IMG/VR virus record: IMGVR_UViG_3300037478_000510
Location: 4,092-68,091 of that record
Reading direction: 5' to 3' (one strand)
Length of the DNA: 64,000 nt
Origin: a virus
Taxonomy: Duplodnaviria > Caudoviricetes
The notes under the pieces are model-generated. The model was not told the origin of the DNA and did not search any database. It was given only the letters and a program-made list of their open reading frames with translations. The position numbers and the translations under genes are program-made. Positions within the stretch are counted from its first letter, which is position 1; each line of letters starts with the position of its first letter. This document shows, piece by piece, positions 1 to 12,100 of this stretch.

Positions 1-2
1 CG

Positions 3-104
3 GATGCGGATACGCCGGTCATAGGTTCGACGGTGGTAGGCGGTGCGGCAGCGGCCGCCATGGTTTGGTACAACGGCTCCGATTGGACGGTGATCGGCGT
101 CTGA
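3..104 (+). CDS. 3' end of a truncated gene (probable tail/structural protein)
   Basis: Open frame ...AMVWYNGSDWTVIGV* runs in from the window edge; its TGA overlaps the next ATG (TGATG). Confidence 0.55.
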   Translation, partial: DADTPVIGSTVVGGAAAAAMVWYNGSDWTVIGV

Positions 105-301
105 TGCCGCAAAAGATACCACCGGGGAGGTTGAAGAAAATGGCACGACAGCTTGCTAACTGGATTGCAGTGGTGTGCGGACAGACAGCCAAGTGGCTGA
201 TCGCGCCATGGACCTGTGACGCGGACCATTTCACCTGTGACGCCGACTCCGACACGCACACCTGTGATGGTTGGCACAACGACATCGAGGACTACCCGTA
301 A
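104..301 (+). CDS. small hypothetical protein (65 aa)
   Basis: ATG overlaps the upstream stop and TAA overlaps the downstream ATG; contains a repeated TCDA(D) motif. Confidence 0.55.
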   Translation: MPQKIPPGRLKKMARQLANWIAVVCGQTAKWLIAPWTCDADHFTCDADSDTHTCDGWHNDIEDYP

Positions 302-1014
302 TGGCGAGTTCCTACACCAGCAGTCTGGGCTTTGAGAAGCCCGCAACCGGCGAACAGGCCGGTACCTGGGGCGCCACGGTCAGCAACACCTACGATCAGC
401 TTGAGCAGGCGTTGGCGGGCATTGAGCAGGTGACGCTGGGCGCGGCCGGTGATTCCGGCTCACCCAACGAAGTGAAAATCACCAACATCTCCGACCGCAC
501 CGAGTTGTCAGACGGCCGCAACCTGTACATCGAGTTCATTGATGGCGGTGATCTGGGCGCCACAGCCTACGTGCAGTTCACCCCGAACACCTCGAAGAAG
601 ATCGGCTACGTCAAGAACAGCCTGTCCGGCAGTCAGAATCTGATCCTGTTCCAGGGCACCTACAATGCGGCACGCGATCTTGAGGTGGCCAACGGCACGG
701 TGGCGCTCATCACGGTGGATGGCGGTGGTGCGGGCGCGGCCAATGTGGCACAGATCAGCTTGTCAGGTACAGGCGGCAGCGGCACAGCGATCGAGGACGG
801 CGACTTTACCAGCAACGGCCTGATGACGCGCACCGCGTCCGGCACCTACACGTCGCGCACCCTGACCGCAGGCACCACGGCAGGCGGTATCACAGTGACC
901 AACGGCAATGGGGTATCCGGCAACCCGACCGTTGATCTGGACTACACCCTGAGCACATCGGCTCCCTCCGGAACGCCTGCCAAGGGACGCTGCTGGTTCC
1001 GGTATACCCCGTAA
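301..1014 (+). CDS. virion tail-associated structural protein
   Basis: Start placed at 301 (GAGGA upstream). N-terminus MASSYTSSLGFEKPATGEQAGTWG resembles a common phage tail-module protein; Gly/Thr-rich. Confidence 0.75.
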   Translation: MASSYTSSLGFEKPATGEQAGTWGATVSNTYDQLEQALAGIEQVTLGAAGDSGSPNEVKITNISDRTELSDGRNLYIEFIDGGDLGATAYVQFTPNTSKKIGYVKNSLSGSQNLILFQGTYNAARDLEVANGTVALITVDGGGAGAANVAQISLSGTGGSGTAIEDGDFTSNGLMTRTASGTYTSRTLTAGTTAGGITVTNGNGVSGNPTVDLDYTLSTSAPSGTPAKGRCWFRYTP

Positions 1015-1551
<537 letters not shown>

Positions 1552-1561
1552 GGTTATCTGC

Positions 1562-3412
1562 ATGCTGAGAGAGATTCAAATCCACCCCGGCTTTGACCGC
1601 GAGGGTACCCAGCACAGCACCGGCTCGCGCTGGTTCGATGGCAATCGGGTGCGTTGGCGCAAGGGTAAGCCGGAAAAAATCGGCGGGTGGATGAAGTTTG
1701 TCACGGATTCCTTCAAAGGAATTGCCCGGTCCCTGTTGGACTGGGTGACGGCAGCGGGCAGCGAATACATCGGCATCGGCACCAACCTGAAGTTCTACGT
1801 CGAGAGCGACGGCGACTACTACGACATCACGCCGATCCGCCTGACCACGGGCGCCGGGGATGTGACCTTTGCGGCCACTTCCGGATCGGCCTCGCTGGTG
1901 GTGACGGAGACGGCGCACGGTGCGGCTGCCGGGGATTTCGTCACGTTCTCGGGGGCCATCTCACTGGGCGGTACCATCATTGCTACGGTGCTCAATCAGG
2001 AGTACCAGATTGACAGCATCACCGCCGCCAACACCTTCGTGATTTCAGCCAAGGACACCAACGGCGATCCGGTGCTGGCGAACGGCTCGGACACGGGCGA
2101 CGGCTTGGGCGCCACGGTGGCGGCGTATCAGATCACCACCGGACAGAATACCTATTCGTTGTCGCTGGGCTGGGGCATCGGTGGTTGGGGCGTACCGGCC
2201 TGGGGCGGTGGTGGCACGCTGGCCTTCTCGGGTCAGTTGCGCCTGTACAGTCAGGATGTGTTCGGTGACGACCTGCTGTTCAACCCGCGCGGCGGTCAGG
2301 TGTACTACTGGGACGAGAGCAGTGGAACGGGTGTGCGTGGCATCCCCCTGTCCAGTCTGGGCACCGCCTCGGATACGCCGGTAGCCTGTTTGCAAGTGAT
2401 GGTGTCGCCTATTGACCGACATGTCATCGCGTTCGGGGTCAACCCGCTGGGGTCGTCCACCATCGATCCGCTGCTGGTGCGCTGGTCGTCTCAGGAGGAC
2501 GCCGGAAACTGGACCCCGACCACCACCAACACCTCGGGCGGGCAGGTACTATCATCGGGCAATGAGATTGTTGGCGCGGTGCGAACCCGGCAGGAAATCC
2601 TGATCTTCACCGACACCTCGGTCCACGCCATGCGCTACGCGGGCGCGCCGTTCATCTTCCAGTTCTCGCCGGTCGGTGAAAAGGTCTCGATCATCGGGCC
2701 GAAGGCGGCGGTGAGTGTGGGCGATGTGGTGTACTTCATGGACCGGGGCGGCTTCTACGTCTACCAAGGCTCGCTCCAGCCCTTGCTGTGTACCGTGCTC
2801 GACTATGTACATTCCCTGATTGATTTCGATCAGGGCTTCAAGGTGCATGCAGCGCACAACATCGATTTCTCCGAGGTGACCTGGTTCTTTCAGGCGCTCG
2901 GCTCGAATGACATCTCGAACTACGTGACCTACAACTACCAGGAGGATGCGTGGTGCTACGGTGAGATGGCGCGTGGCGCGTGGATTCAGGCGCCCAGCCG
3001 GGATTATCCGATTGCCAGCAGCGCGGATATTGCCAATCCGGACACCAACTACCTGTACAACCACGAGTTCGGCTATGACGACGAAACCTCGGCGATGGGT
3101 GAGCACATCGAGTCGGGCGCGCTGGACATCGAGGACGGCTACCAGTTCATGTTCGTCAGCCGCATCCTGCCGGATTTCCGTATCGACGGCGAGACCTCGA
3201 ACGCCAACCTGACGGTTAAGCTGAAGGGCCGGGATTTCACCCGCGACACCTTTGTCGAGCGGGCCAGCAAGACGGTCGGCGCCTCCACCCAGCAATTGCA
3301 TGTGCGGGCACGCAACCGGGAATTCGCCTTGCGCATCGAGGGCAGCGGCACCGGTTACGGCTGGACCATGGGCGGCATCCGCTTCGACATCCGCACGGAC
3401 GGTCGGCGATGA
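1562..3412 (+). CDS. tail nozzle/stabilisation protein (P22 gp10/T7 gp12-like, inferred)
   Basis: 616 aa; conserved N-terminal motif PGFDREGT...W.D...VRW..GKPEKIGGW; beta-propeller-like composition; position before the ejection genes. Confidence 0.65.
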   Translation: MLREIQIHPGFDREGTQHSTGSRWFDGNRVRWRKGKPEKIGGWMKFVTDSFKGIARSLLDWVTAAGSEYIGIGTNLKFYVESDGDYYDITPIRLTTGAGDVTFAATSGSASLVVTETAHGAAAGDFVTFSGAISLGGTIIATVLNQEYQIDSITAANTFVISAKDTNGDPVLANGSDTGDGLGATVAAYQITTGQNTYSLSLGWGIGGWGVPAWGGGGTLAFSGQLRLYSQDVFGDDLLFNPRGGQVYYWDESSGTGVRGIPLSSLGTASDTPVACLQVMVSPIDRHVIAFGVNPLGSSTIDPLLVRWSSQEDAGNWTPTTTNTSGGQVLSSGNEIVGAVRTRQEILIFTDTSVHAMRYAGAPFIFQFSPVGEKVSIIGPKAAVSVGDVVYFMDRGGFYVYQGSLQPLLCTVLDYVHSLIDFDQGFKVHAAHNIDFSEVTWFFQALGSNDISNYVTYNYQEDAWCYGEMARGAWIQAPSRDYPIASSADIANPDTNYLYNHEFGYDDETSAMGEHIESGALDIEDGYQFMFVSRILPDFRIDGETSNANLTVKLKGRDFTRDTFVERASKTVGASTQQLHVRARNREFALRIEGSGTGYGWTMGGIRFDIRTDGRR

Positions 3413-3612
3413 GATCGGGCGCCCAACTCAACCTGCCGCTGGCGTTGCCGGAATACAGCCGCGAGAACGAGCAGCAATCCCGCCGGGCCATTGAGCAGCG
3501 CTTCGAGGACATCCATCTCGACATCCGGCAGGAACGCGACCTCAACACCAAGGCGTCGTCGCTGGCGCTGCGGCGGCTGCAGTTCCTGTTGATGGGAGCG
3601 GGCAATGGCTGA
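3409..3612 (+). CDS. small conserved virion-module protein
   Basis: ATGA overlaps on both sides; LPLALPEYSRENEQQ.RRAIE motif. Confidence 0.65.
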   Translation: MRSGAQLNLPLALPEYSRENEQQSRRAIEQRFEDIHLDIRQERDLNTKASSLALRRLQFLLMGAGNG

Positions 3613-3940
3613 TGTCATCAAGGTATTGGGTCAGTTGGAGGCGGCAGCCACCACCGAGGAAGACCTGTACGAGGTGCCCAGCCTGACGGTGGCGACCTGC
3701 AGCACGCTGGCCATCTGCAACCGCACGGCGGGCGCCTTGACCTTTCGGGTGAGTGTGGCGGTGGCGGGCGGTACTACTGCAAATCAGGACTACATCTATT
3801 ATGATAAACAAGTCAGTGCCAACGACTCGTTGTTCCTGACCATCGGCATGACCCTCAACGAGGGGGACGTAGTGCGAACCTACGCATCGGCAACCGGACT
3901 CAGCTTCAACCTGTTCGGGGTCGAAACCACCAACGATTAA
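3605..3940 (+). CDS. small structural protein
   Basis: KVLGQ...AATT..DLY.VP motif typical of small phage tail-module proteins. Confidence 0.7.
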   Translation: MADVIKVLGQLEAAATTEEDLYEVPSLTVATCSTLAICNRTAGALTFRVSVAVAGGTTANQDYIYYDKQVSANDSLFLTIGMTLNEGDVVRTYASATGLSFNLFGVETTND

Positions 3941-3950
3941 GGAGTGCTCG

Positions 3951-5723
3951 ATGAGTTTAGGCATCAAGGCATTGCGGTACGCGGAAGGCGGTCAGACCCC
4001 GCAAACCCTGCAGGAAAAAGCCCGCATCCGGCGCATCATGCAAGAGATTGCGATGGATGGCGAGGCGCCGGACAAGCGTCCGGACGGCCAGCCGGACATC
4101 CGCAAGGTCGGCAACGAGTGGATCATCATGGTGGGCGGCAAGCCGAGAAAGCCGCTGGGTATGGCGGCCGGTGGCCAGAGTACCGTCATCCCACAAACGA
4201 CGGGGTCAGCCGGCAACGGTGCGCAGAGCAGCCTGCGCGGCCGGTACGTGATTCCGCCGCCGCCCGGCTACATTCCCGGTTTCAACCCGGAGATGCAGTA
4301 TTTTCAGGACGACCCGGAAAACCCGGTCATCCCGCCGTACCGCGCGCCGTGGGACACCAATCTGTATGCCGGCTCGCCGCTCAACCGGTTCAATCCGTCC
4401 GGCAATACACCGTATTTCGAATCGATCATTCCGGGTGCCCAGCAGCCGCCTGCGCGTGGTGGTGGACCGCGCGGCGGCACGACGCCCGGCGGTATCGGTA
4501 GCTTGCCGCCCGCCTTCGGTGGCACGCCGGGCTGGGCCAATCCGGGGGGTGGTACAGGTAGTGGTACAGGCGGTGGCGGGCGTAGTGGGGGTGCACGGAC
4601 CCCGGTGACGCGCGGTGACATCGGTGCGTCCGCCGGACCGGATCGTGGGGTAGGCGGCAGCCTGCGGGATCAGGCGCCGGGTGGGTTCGGTCAACCGTGG
4701 GGTGGTGGGTCCATGGGTGGCGGACGCTCGACCGGCGGCTTCAATGATTACCTGAATCAGATGATTCCGTCCGGCGCCCAACAGGGCAGCGATCCCAACG
4801 CGCTCAGCCGTTGGCTGATTGAGCATCCGCGCTTGGCAGGCTCGATCGCCGGGTCGCTTACTGGCGTTCCGGGTATGGGTATGTTGGCCAAGCAACTGAC
4901 CGACCGCTACTGGCAAAACAACGCATGGCAGAGCCCGGCACCACCGTATGAGAGCACGGCCACTCAGGCGATAGATGCCTTTGTCAATGAGAACCCAGGC
5001 AGCGCGGCGGCTTTGCGTGAACTGGCCGGCGGGCAGCAGAGCGGCGCGGCGCCACAGCGCGAATACTACGGTCAGATGGGGCCGTGGACCGGTTTTGATA
5101 CGGCCGATGGGCGGCAATGGGATTATCGGTACACCGGCCCGCTGGGCGGCGGTAGTGGTGGAGGCAGCCCGACCACCAGTGCCTGGTGGGCTTTGCAGGA
5201 CAACGCAGCCGGTGGCAAGGTCACCCTGAAGGCCAAGGGCGGCCCGGTCAAGCTGCAGGCGGGTGGGATTGCCAACGTGCCGAGTGAATACATGCAGCCC
5301 CAGCAGCAGCCGGATGAGCAGGACCTGCAGATGGTGGCGGCGGCAATCACGGGCGAAGCGGGTGAGCAGGCGGACGCTATCATCAACATGTTCATCGAGA
5401 AGTACGGCCCGGAGATGTTCCAGCAGGTGCGTGAGATGGTGCTGCAGTCGATCGCGCCGAATGCGCAGACCGAAGGGATGGTGCAGGGTCAGGGCGGCGG
5501 CATGGATGATCAGGTGCCGGGCATGATCGGCAATCAGCAGCCGGTGGCGGTGTCGCCGGGTGAGTACATCGTTCCGGCTGATGTGGTGTCGGGTCTGGGC
5601 GACGGTTCCAGCGATGCGGGCGCGCAGGAACTGGACCGCATGTCGGGCAACGTGCGGATGGCTCGGCATGGCGGGCAGATGCAACCGCCGCCGATCGACG
5701 CCCGGCGGGTGATGCCCGCGTGA
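3951..5723 (+). CDS. internal virion/DNA-ejection protein
   Basis: AGGAG RBS; Gly/Pro-rich with YAEGG/MAAGG motifs; C-terminal GGMDDQVP...SPGEYIVPADVVSGLGDGSSDAGA block. Confidence 0.7.
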   Translation: MSLGIKALRYAEGGQTPQTLQEKARIRRIMQEIAMDGEAPDKRPDGQPDIRKVGNEWIIMVGGKPRKPLGMAAGGQSTVIPQTTGSAGNGAQSSLRGRYVIPPPPGYIPGFNPEMQYFQDDPENPVIPPYRAPWDTNLYAGSPLNRFNPSGNTPYFESIIPGAQQPPARGGGPRGGTTPGGIGSLPPAFGGTPGWANPGGGTGSGTGGGGRSGGARTPVTRGDIGASAGPDRGVGGSLRDQAPGGFGQPWGGGSMGGGRSTGGFNDYLNQMIPSGAQQGSDPNALSRWLIEHPRLAGSIAGSLTGVPGMGMLAKQLTDRYWQNNAWQSPAPPYESTATQAIDAFVNENPGSAAALRELAGGQQSGAAPQREYYGQMGPWTGFDTADGRQWDYRYTGPLGGGSGGGSPTTSAWWALQDNAAGGKVTLKAKGGPVKLQAGGIANVPSEYMQPQQQPDEQDLQMVAAAITGEAGEQADAIINMFIEKYGPEMFQQVREMVLQSIAPNAQTEGMVQGQGGGMDDQVPGMIGNQQPVAVSPGEYIVPADVVSGLGDGSSDAGAQELDRMSGNVRMARHGGQMQPPPIDARRVMPA

Positions 5724-6172
5724 GCGCTCAACTTGAGACAGCAACCATCCACTGCTCATTGGTGCCAGCCGAGTATGTGCCAAGAGAATGGCCACTGATC
5801 ATGGAATTCCTGCGGCCTGCGATCGAGCGTTCGCATGGGCGCTGGAATTTGCGGTATGTGCTGGCGGCCCTGTGCCGGGGCGATCACCAGTTGTGGGTGG
5901 CGTATGAAGCCGACGGAACCCGGCGGGGCGCCATGACCACGCAGATTCTCGAATACCCCTGTAGTAGTTGGGTGGCGGTGCATTTTCTCGGCGGTGATGC
6001 GTTCGAGCAGTGGTGTGACGCCATGCTGGACATGCTGGAGAGTTACGCCAAGCGACTGCGGTGTGACGGCATCGAAACGTCCGGTCGGCACGGTTTCTGG
6101 CCGTTCTTCAAGCGGCGTGGGTATGGCCGGTCGTACACGGTGTATGACCGGGTCTTCGGAGAAGAATCATGA
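5720..6172 (+). CDS. GNAT-fold putative acetyltransferase of the virion morphogenesis module
   Basis: Size, pattern (VHFLGG...W...LE.YAK..GC..IE..GR.G.W) and position between ejection genes. Confidence 0.55.
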   Translation: MSAQLETATIHCSLVPAEYVPREWPLIMEFLRPAIERSHGRWNLRYVLAALCRGDHQLWVAYEADGTRRGAMTTQILEYPCSSWVAVHFLGGDAFEQWCDAMLDMLESYAKRLRCDGIETSGRHGFWPFFKRRGYGRSYTVYDRVFGEES

Positions 6173-7524
6173 GCGGCGGTAAAGGCGGCGACAAGACGAC
6201 TACGGAGAATACCCAGTCCAGTCTGCCGGAGTGGGCACGGCCGTACTACGAGGACATGCTGGGGCGTGGCCAGCAGGAAAGCCAGCAGCCCTACCAGCCC
6301 TATCCCGGTCAGCGGCTGTCCTACTTCGCGCCCATGGAGCAGGAGTCCCTGGCGCGGATCGGCGAGTTGGGGGTCAGCGGTACCTCACCGGAACTGAACG
6401 CGGCCGGGCAGACGGCCTACCGTCTGACGGGTGGCTGGGACCCCGGTATTGCGCAACCGATTACCTCGAACTACACACCGGGCCGGCCGCCGGGCTTCAA
6501 CTATAACGCGCAGTCGCGAGAATCGGCCTACAACGCCAATCAGTTGGGTCCGGAAGGTTATTACGATGCCGGCTCTCGGGAGATGGGCTTCGATCCGGGC
6601 ACCCTGAACGACCCCACCCAGATTCAGTCCTACATGGACCCGTATTTCCAGAACGTGGTCGATGTCGAGAAGCGCGAAGCCTCTCGGCAGGGCGATATGC
6701 GCAACGCGCAGACCGGGCTGGCGGCGGCTGGTCAGGGTAGCCTCGGTGGTTATCGGGAAGCGCTGTTGCGGGCCGAGAACGAGCGCAACTTGATGCAGCA
6801 GACGGGCGACATCCAGACGCGCGGCTCGCAGTCGGCGTTTCAGAGCGCGGTGCAGCGCATGGAGCAGGACCGGCAGGCCCGTGCGCAGGCTGAGCAATTC
6901 GGCCAGTCGCAGTTCGGCATGAACGAGCAGTTCAAGCAGCGGGCGGCGGAGTTGCAGCAGCAGGGCTTCAGCGCCAACGAGGCGGCCCGGCAGGCACAGG
7001 AGGAGTTGGCACAGGGCCAGTTCGGCTTGAGCGCGCAGGACCGGCAGTACGGCGCCGGGCTGGGCCTGCAGGGCTACATGGCCTATGAGCAGGCCAAACA
7101 GGCCGCTGCCCAGATGGGCCTGAGCGCGCAGGAGATTGAGCAGGCTGGGCGGATTGCGCAGAACAGCGGCCTGCTGGGGATCGGTAGCATGAATCTCGGC
7201 GCGGCGGGTCAGTTGGGCCAGTTCGCCAATCAGCGGCAGGGCATGGAACTGGAGCGCCTCAATGCGATGCTGCAGGCGGGCGGCATGGAGCGCGGCCTGA
7301 TGCAGCAAGGGCTGGACACCGGCTACGGCGATTACATGCGCCAGCAGGCATACCCATGGCAGCAGTTGCAGAACTATGCGGGCCTGTTGACCGGCAGCCC
7401 GGTGCAGCCGAATCAGAATCAGACGGCGACCCAGCCGGGGGCTTCGTGGCTGCAGCAGGCGCTGGGCACCGGGATCGCGGCCTATGGAATGTATAACGCC
7501 TATCAAGGGGGCTGGGGGGACTGA
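6169..7524 (+). CDS. internal virion/DNA-ejection protein
   Basis: MSGGKGG...TT..QS.LPEWARPY N-terminus; Gln/Ala/Gly-rich helical body. Confidence 0.7.
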   Translation: MSGGKGGDKTTTENTQSSLPEWARPYYEDMLGRGQQESQQPYQPYPGQRLSYFAPMEQESLARIGELGVSGTSPELNAAGQTAYRLTGGWDPGIAQPITSNYTPGRPPGFNYNAQSRESAYNANQLGPEGYYDAGSREMGFDPGTLNDPTQIQSYMDPYFQNVVDVEKREASRQGDMRNAQTGLAAAGQGSLGGYREALLRAENERNLMQQTGDIQTRGSQSAFQSAVQRMEQDRQARAQAEQFGQSQFGMNEQFKQRAAELQQQGFSANEAARQAQEELAQGQFGLSAQDRQYGAGLGLQGYMAYEQAKQAAAQMGLSAQEIEQAGRIAQNSGLLGIGSMNLGAAGQLGQFANQRQGMELERLNAMLQAGGMERGLMQQGLDTGYGDYMRQQAYPWQQLQNYAGLLTGSPVQPNQNQTATQPGASWLQQALGTGIAAYGMYNAYQGGWGD

Positions 7525-9125
7525 TGATGAACATTCTGGAAGTCGAAAACCTCGTCAAGGGCATGCCGGACCAGCAGTTGATGCAGGAGGCGCAGCAGCC
7601 CTCCGGGCAGGTTCCGCAGTTTCTGACCATCTCGGAAATCCAGCGCCGGGCCGACATGCGTAAGCGCTTCGAGGCGCAACAGCAGCAGCCGCAAGGTACG
7701 GTGGCCGACCAGATCATGCAGCAGGGTATCGGCGCCATGCAACAGCAGCCCCAGCAGGGAATGCCACAACAGCCACCGATGGGCATGGCTTATGGTGGAC
7801 AAGTCAGGGGCATGGCTGCCGGTGGCCGGACCATGTGGGTGAACGATGGCTATGGCCGGATGGTCGAGATTGACGCCAGTCAGTATCCGAATCAACTGGC
7901 GGCCTATGAATCCATGTGGGCCGGAACAAACCCGCCGATTGGAATGGAACAGGGTAATTTCCGTCCCGCTGAGGACCAGACCCTGCAGTTCGATCCGCAG
8001 GGCAACCTGATTACCGACATGGGTGGCGGATCACGGCCTACCGTATCGCTGGGTGCGGAACCAATCGCCCAGAACGACGGCTTCGACTGGCAAGGTGTCG
8101 GCCTGTCGCTTAGTGGCACGGTGGATAAGTGGAACCGGGGGATTGCCAGCTTGCTGGGTCATGATCCTGATATGCCGGATGCCGAGCGGTACGCGCGCAC
8201 GCGCGAGGCTGTGCGGATGTCCCCGAAAGGCCCCAGTCCCTTCCGTAACATTACCCCGGAAGAGATCAACGCCACAGCCGCAGAGAACACGAACATCTTT
8301 TCGAACAACGCCAAACAGATTGCCAACTTCACGCTGGGTGCCGGGCGTGAGGGGGCGGGTCTTGACCCGCTTTTCGATGTGGACTTGTCGCATGTCGGGT
8401 CTCCGGGGTCATCTGGCGGCAGCGATTCGAAGGCCGAACAACTGGCGGCTGCCAGCGGCGCAGCCCAGAAGGGGGTCAAGACGCCCGGCGGTATTGGTGA
8501 TCTGATGGGTCCGCCCCCACCGGATGGTTTGACGGATGAGGCAACAGATACCCGTTCGGCACTGGAGCGCCTGCTGGAAATGGCTGACAGGGATTATCCT
8601 AAGACGCCGGACTTCAAGGACTTGATCAAGCAGGCCAACAAGGACGCTTTCAATAATGCGTTGATTCAGTTCGGTGCCGGAATCGCCAGCGACGATGTGG
8701 GTGGCGGCATTCAGCGGGCCGGTATTGCGGCGATGCAGGGTCGTGAGACAGCCCGTGAGATGGACGCCCGCAGCCGCCTGTTGGGTTACAAGGCGCAGAC
8801 GGACGATCTGGCGCGCGATATCGAGGTATACGGTCAGGCTGCAGTGGTCGAGGCGAGTTATGCCCGCAACGAAGTCGAGCGCATGCAGAACCAAGGCTAC
8901 AGCGATCGTGAGATTTTGCGGTTCGTGGACGGGCTGGTGGAGCAGGCGCTGGACGGCGTGATTACCATCAAGCCAGAAGATCGCCAGAAGGCCGTGATGG
9001 ACCTGTATCGCATGCATCTTCCCGAGGATGTGATGCAGCGGTTGCGGCTGCAGGGTCTGCTTGAGCGTCGCGCTCCCGGTGGAGAAGGAGGCGGTGGCGG
9101 CGTCGTTGACTGGAAAGACCTGTAA
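7524..9125 (+). CDS. internal virion/DNA-ejection protein
   Basis: 533 aa; coupled stop/start; MAYGG/MAAGG motifs. Confidence 0.65.
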   Translation: MMNILEVENLVKGMPDQQLMQEAQQPSGQVPQFLTISEIQRRADMRKRFEAQQQQPQGTVADQIMQQGIGAMQQQPQQGMPQQPPMGMAYGGQVRGMAAGGRTMWVNDGYGRMVEIDASQYPNQLAAYESMWAGTNPPIGMEQGNFRPAEDQTLQFDPQGNLITDMGGGSRPTVSLGAEPIAQNDGFDWQGVGLSLSGTVDKWNRGIASLLGHDPDMPDAERYARTREAVRMSPKGPSPFRNITPEEINATAAENTNIFSNNAKQIANFTLGAGREGAGLDPLFDVDLSHVGSPGSSGGSDSKAEQLAAASGAAQKGVKTPGGIGDLMGPPPPDGLTDEATDTRSALERLLEMADRDYPKTPDFKDLIKQANKDAFNNALIQFGAGIASDDVGGGIQRAGIAAMQGRETAREMDARSRLLGYKAQTDDLARDIEVYGQAAVVEASYARNEVERMQNQGYSDREILRFVDGLVEQALDGVITIKPEDRQKAVMDLYRMHLPEDVMQRLRLQGLLERRAPGGEGGGGGVVDWKDL

Positions 9126-12100
9126 TGGACATCCGGTTACCCAACGGGATGCTCATCCGGGGCGTTCCGGAAGGCACCCGTAAAGAGGATATCGCCCGCA
9201 AGGCCATCGAGCGCGGTCTGGCAACAACGGCTGATTTCCACGATCTGGAATCCGAAACCACCCTGCTGGGTCGCAGCGGTGAGTTTCTCAAAGGCATCCC
9301 GAGGGGCTTTGCGTCCAGCTTGGCGACCGGTGTCGAAGGCATCGGCGAGCTGGGTGATGCCGTCACCAACCGGCTGGGCCTCGAAGACTGGGTCGATGCC
9401 GGTGATGACAACCCGTTGGTGGCGTTCGGCCGTCGCTCCAACGAGGCGATCCAGAGTTCGCTGGCCGCCGCGCCGGGTTACGAAGACCTGTGGACTACGA
9501 AATTTGGTGACGCACTGGGGTCGCTGGCTTCCTTCCTGACCCCGGCCGGCGGCGCCAAACTGATTGGCCTGACCGGTAAGGTCGCCAAGCACCTGCCGGT
9601 GGGTGGCTTTGCGATCGGGGTGGGCGCAGGAGAGCAGACCCAGCGCATTCAACAGGCCCGTGAGCAGGGCATCGAGGTTCCGGATGAGGCTGAGGACTGG
9701 GCCACCCTGTCGGCGGGCGTGGTGGGCCTCTCAGAACTGGCCCCGGTCAGCGCCATCATGCGGGGACTGCCTGCTGATGTATTGACACAGCCGTTCATGA
9801 AGACCCTCATGCCCCGGCTGAAGTCAGCACTGGCCAGCGGCAGCGTCGAAGCGGTGCAGGAAGTCACCGCCGGGATCGCCCAGAATGCGATCGAGAAAGG
9901 TTTCTACAACCCCGATCGGCCGTTCGTCGATGGCAATGCCTGGGATGAACTGACCCTCGGCGGCGCGGCCGGTGCTACGGCTGACTTGTTACTCAATTCC
10001 ATTGCCGGACGGCGCATCACGGGCATCACCGCCCAGCAGCGCGAACTGGAGAAGAAGCTGCGTCAGGAAGAAGCAGACCGCCTCGCCAAGGTGGCGACGG
10101 CACCTTTGCCCGAAGAGGGGCCGCAGTCGATTGCCGGACTGCTCCCCACCCCTGAAGCAGTAGAACCCGTCGCTGCGGCCCGCAGGCTCGCCGAGGGGGT
10201 GGATTTTCCGACCAGCACGACGTTCACCTCACTGGACGCCGATGGCCAGCCATCGTTGACGGTGCGCGATGAGAATGGCACCACCTTCGGTCCGCAGTTC
10301 AAGGACCCGGCTGAGGCGGCGGTGTTCGCCCGCGTGCTGAACGAGGAGGCGCTGAACCGCAACGTCGATGAGGCGGTGGACTTGGCCATCAACCAGTCGG
10401 GGCAGGATTACTCACCGGGCGCCCTGCAGGGGCTGAAGAGGCTGGGCCGTCGCCTGTTCCACCCGGCCGAGAACACCGTCACCCGTGAGCAGGTGAACTA
10501 CGCGGCCGACACGGTGCTGGAGCGGGGCTACACCAACGAGCAGATGACGGCGCAGGAGGCCCTCGATGCCGGGGTCACGCCACAAAAGATGACTGCTGCA
10601 CAGCGCATCAACGCCCGGCGTCTGCGCAATGGCCAACAGGAGAGCAACCAGTTCAGCATGGCCGAGGCGCGGACTGTGTTGGGTGACAAATTTGGCAGGC
10701 TGGCCGAGTTCGACTCGATTCCGCTGGGCGCCAACGAGACCTTCGCCGCACAGAAGCACGGCGAGGGCTACATGGTGCACTCGAATCTGGGCGAGATGGT
10801 CAAGAGCCGCCCGGCCACCGCGACGGAGCAACTGAATACCCCGACCACCCGGCGCTATGCCTTCAAGACCAAAAAGGAGGCCGACAGCTACGCGGCCTAC
10901 CTGAACGGCAAGCGCAACGATCTGATTCGGCGCTCCGAACTGAAGGATGAGTCCGAAATCAGCGTGGCCGACATCCGGGGCCTGCTGAAGTCCAAAAACA
11001 TCGCTTCCGAAATCGATTCACAGGAAGTTCGCGCCATTGCCGAAGCCATTACCGGGCGCAAAGCCCGTGGTCGGTCGAGTGTGGCCGACATGTCATCGGG
11101 TGAGCGGGCCATGCTGTACCGTAAACTACGCTCTCTCCCGGCGTTTGGTCAGCCAACCCGCTTGCCCGTCTTCGGCCTGCGTCCGTACACCCCGGCGCAG
11201 TATCGCTATGCCCGACAGACCGCACTGGAGCGCGCAGGATCGATGGAGGGCACAGCGGCAGGCAAAGCGCTACCAGCGCGCGAGGATATCGAGACGCAGG
11301 CAGGGCCGCTGTCGGAGGCAGCCTACCAACAGCTTTCAAGCGACTTGGGCCTGGACGCCCGGCTGCAGCGGGACATCGAGGTCGAGCAGAACCGGGCACG
11401 GCAGTTGCGAGCGCGTGAACAGCGTCAGGCCCAGCAGACGGCGCAGAAAACTCAAGCCCAGCAGAACGAGTTCAACCGGATCATGAAGGCGCTGCGCAAG
11501 AACCTGCAGGGCTATGGTCTGGACCGCTTCAAGACGCGCGTGATGGACTACGTGCGCTTCGCCCAGCGGACCCCGGCCGGTGCCACCCGGTTGGGCGCCC
11601 GGCGCGAGGCGGAGGCCGAGGGTGGATTCGACAAGCCGCTGAACGAGATTTTCATCGCCATCGAGGCGATCAAGACCAATCCGGAATACGTCAAGGCGCC
11701 GGAGGCTGAGAAGGCCGCCACGCTGGAGCGGCTGGCGGTGGAGACGCTGAACCACGAGATGGTGCATGCCATGCGGCAGGCCGATCTTTTCACCAACATC
11801 GAGTGGCAGGTGCTGGAGCGGGCCGCGCGGTCGAAGCCGAAAACCTGGCAGGCGCGTGATGGCAGTGAGCGGCGCGGCTCCTACACCGAGTGGGCCAGCG
11901 AGTTGTACTCGGATGTGTCGCCGGTCGGCCAGATGGAGGAAGCCATTGCCGAGATGGTGCGGGACTCCCTGAGCGGGCGGCTGGACATCGGCGGGCGGCC
12001 GAAGTCCCTACTCAAGCGCATCGTCGAGTTCCTCAAGGGTATCGTCGGCCTCAAGGCCGAGGGGTATGACACCTTCGAAGACATCATTGCCGCCGTGCAG

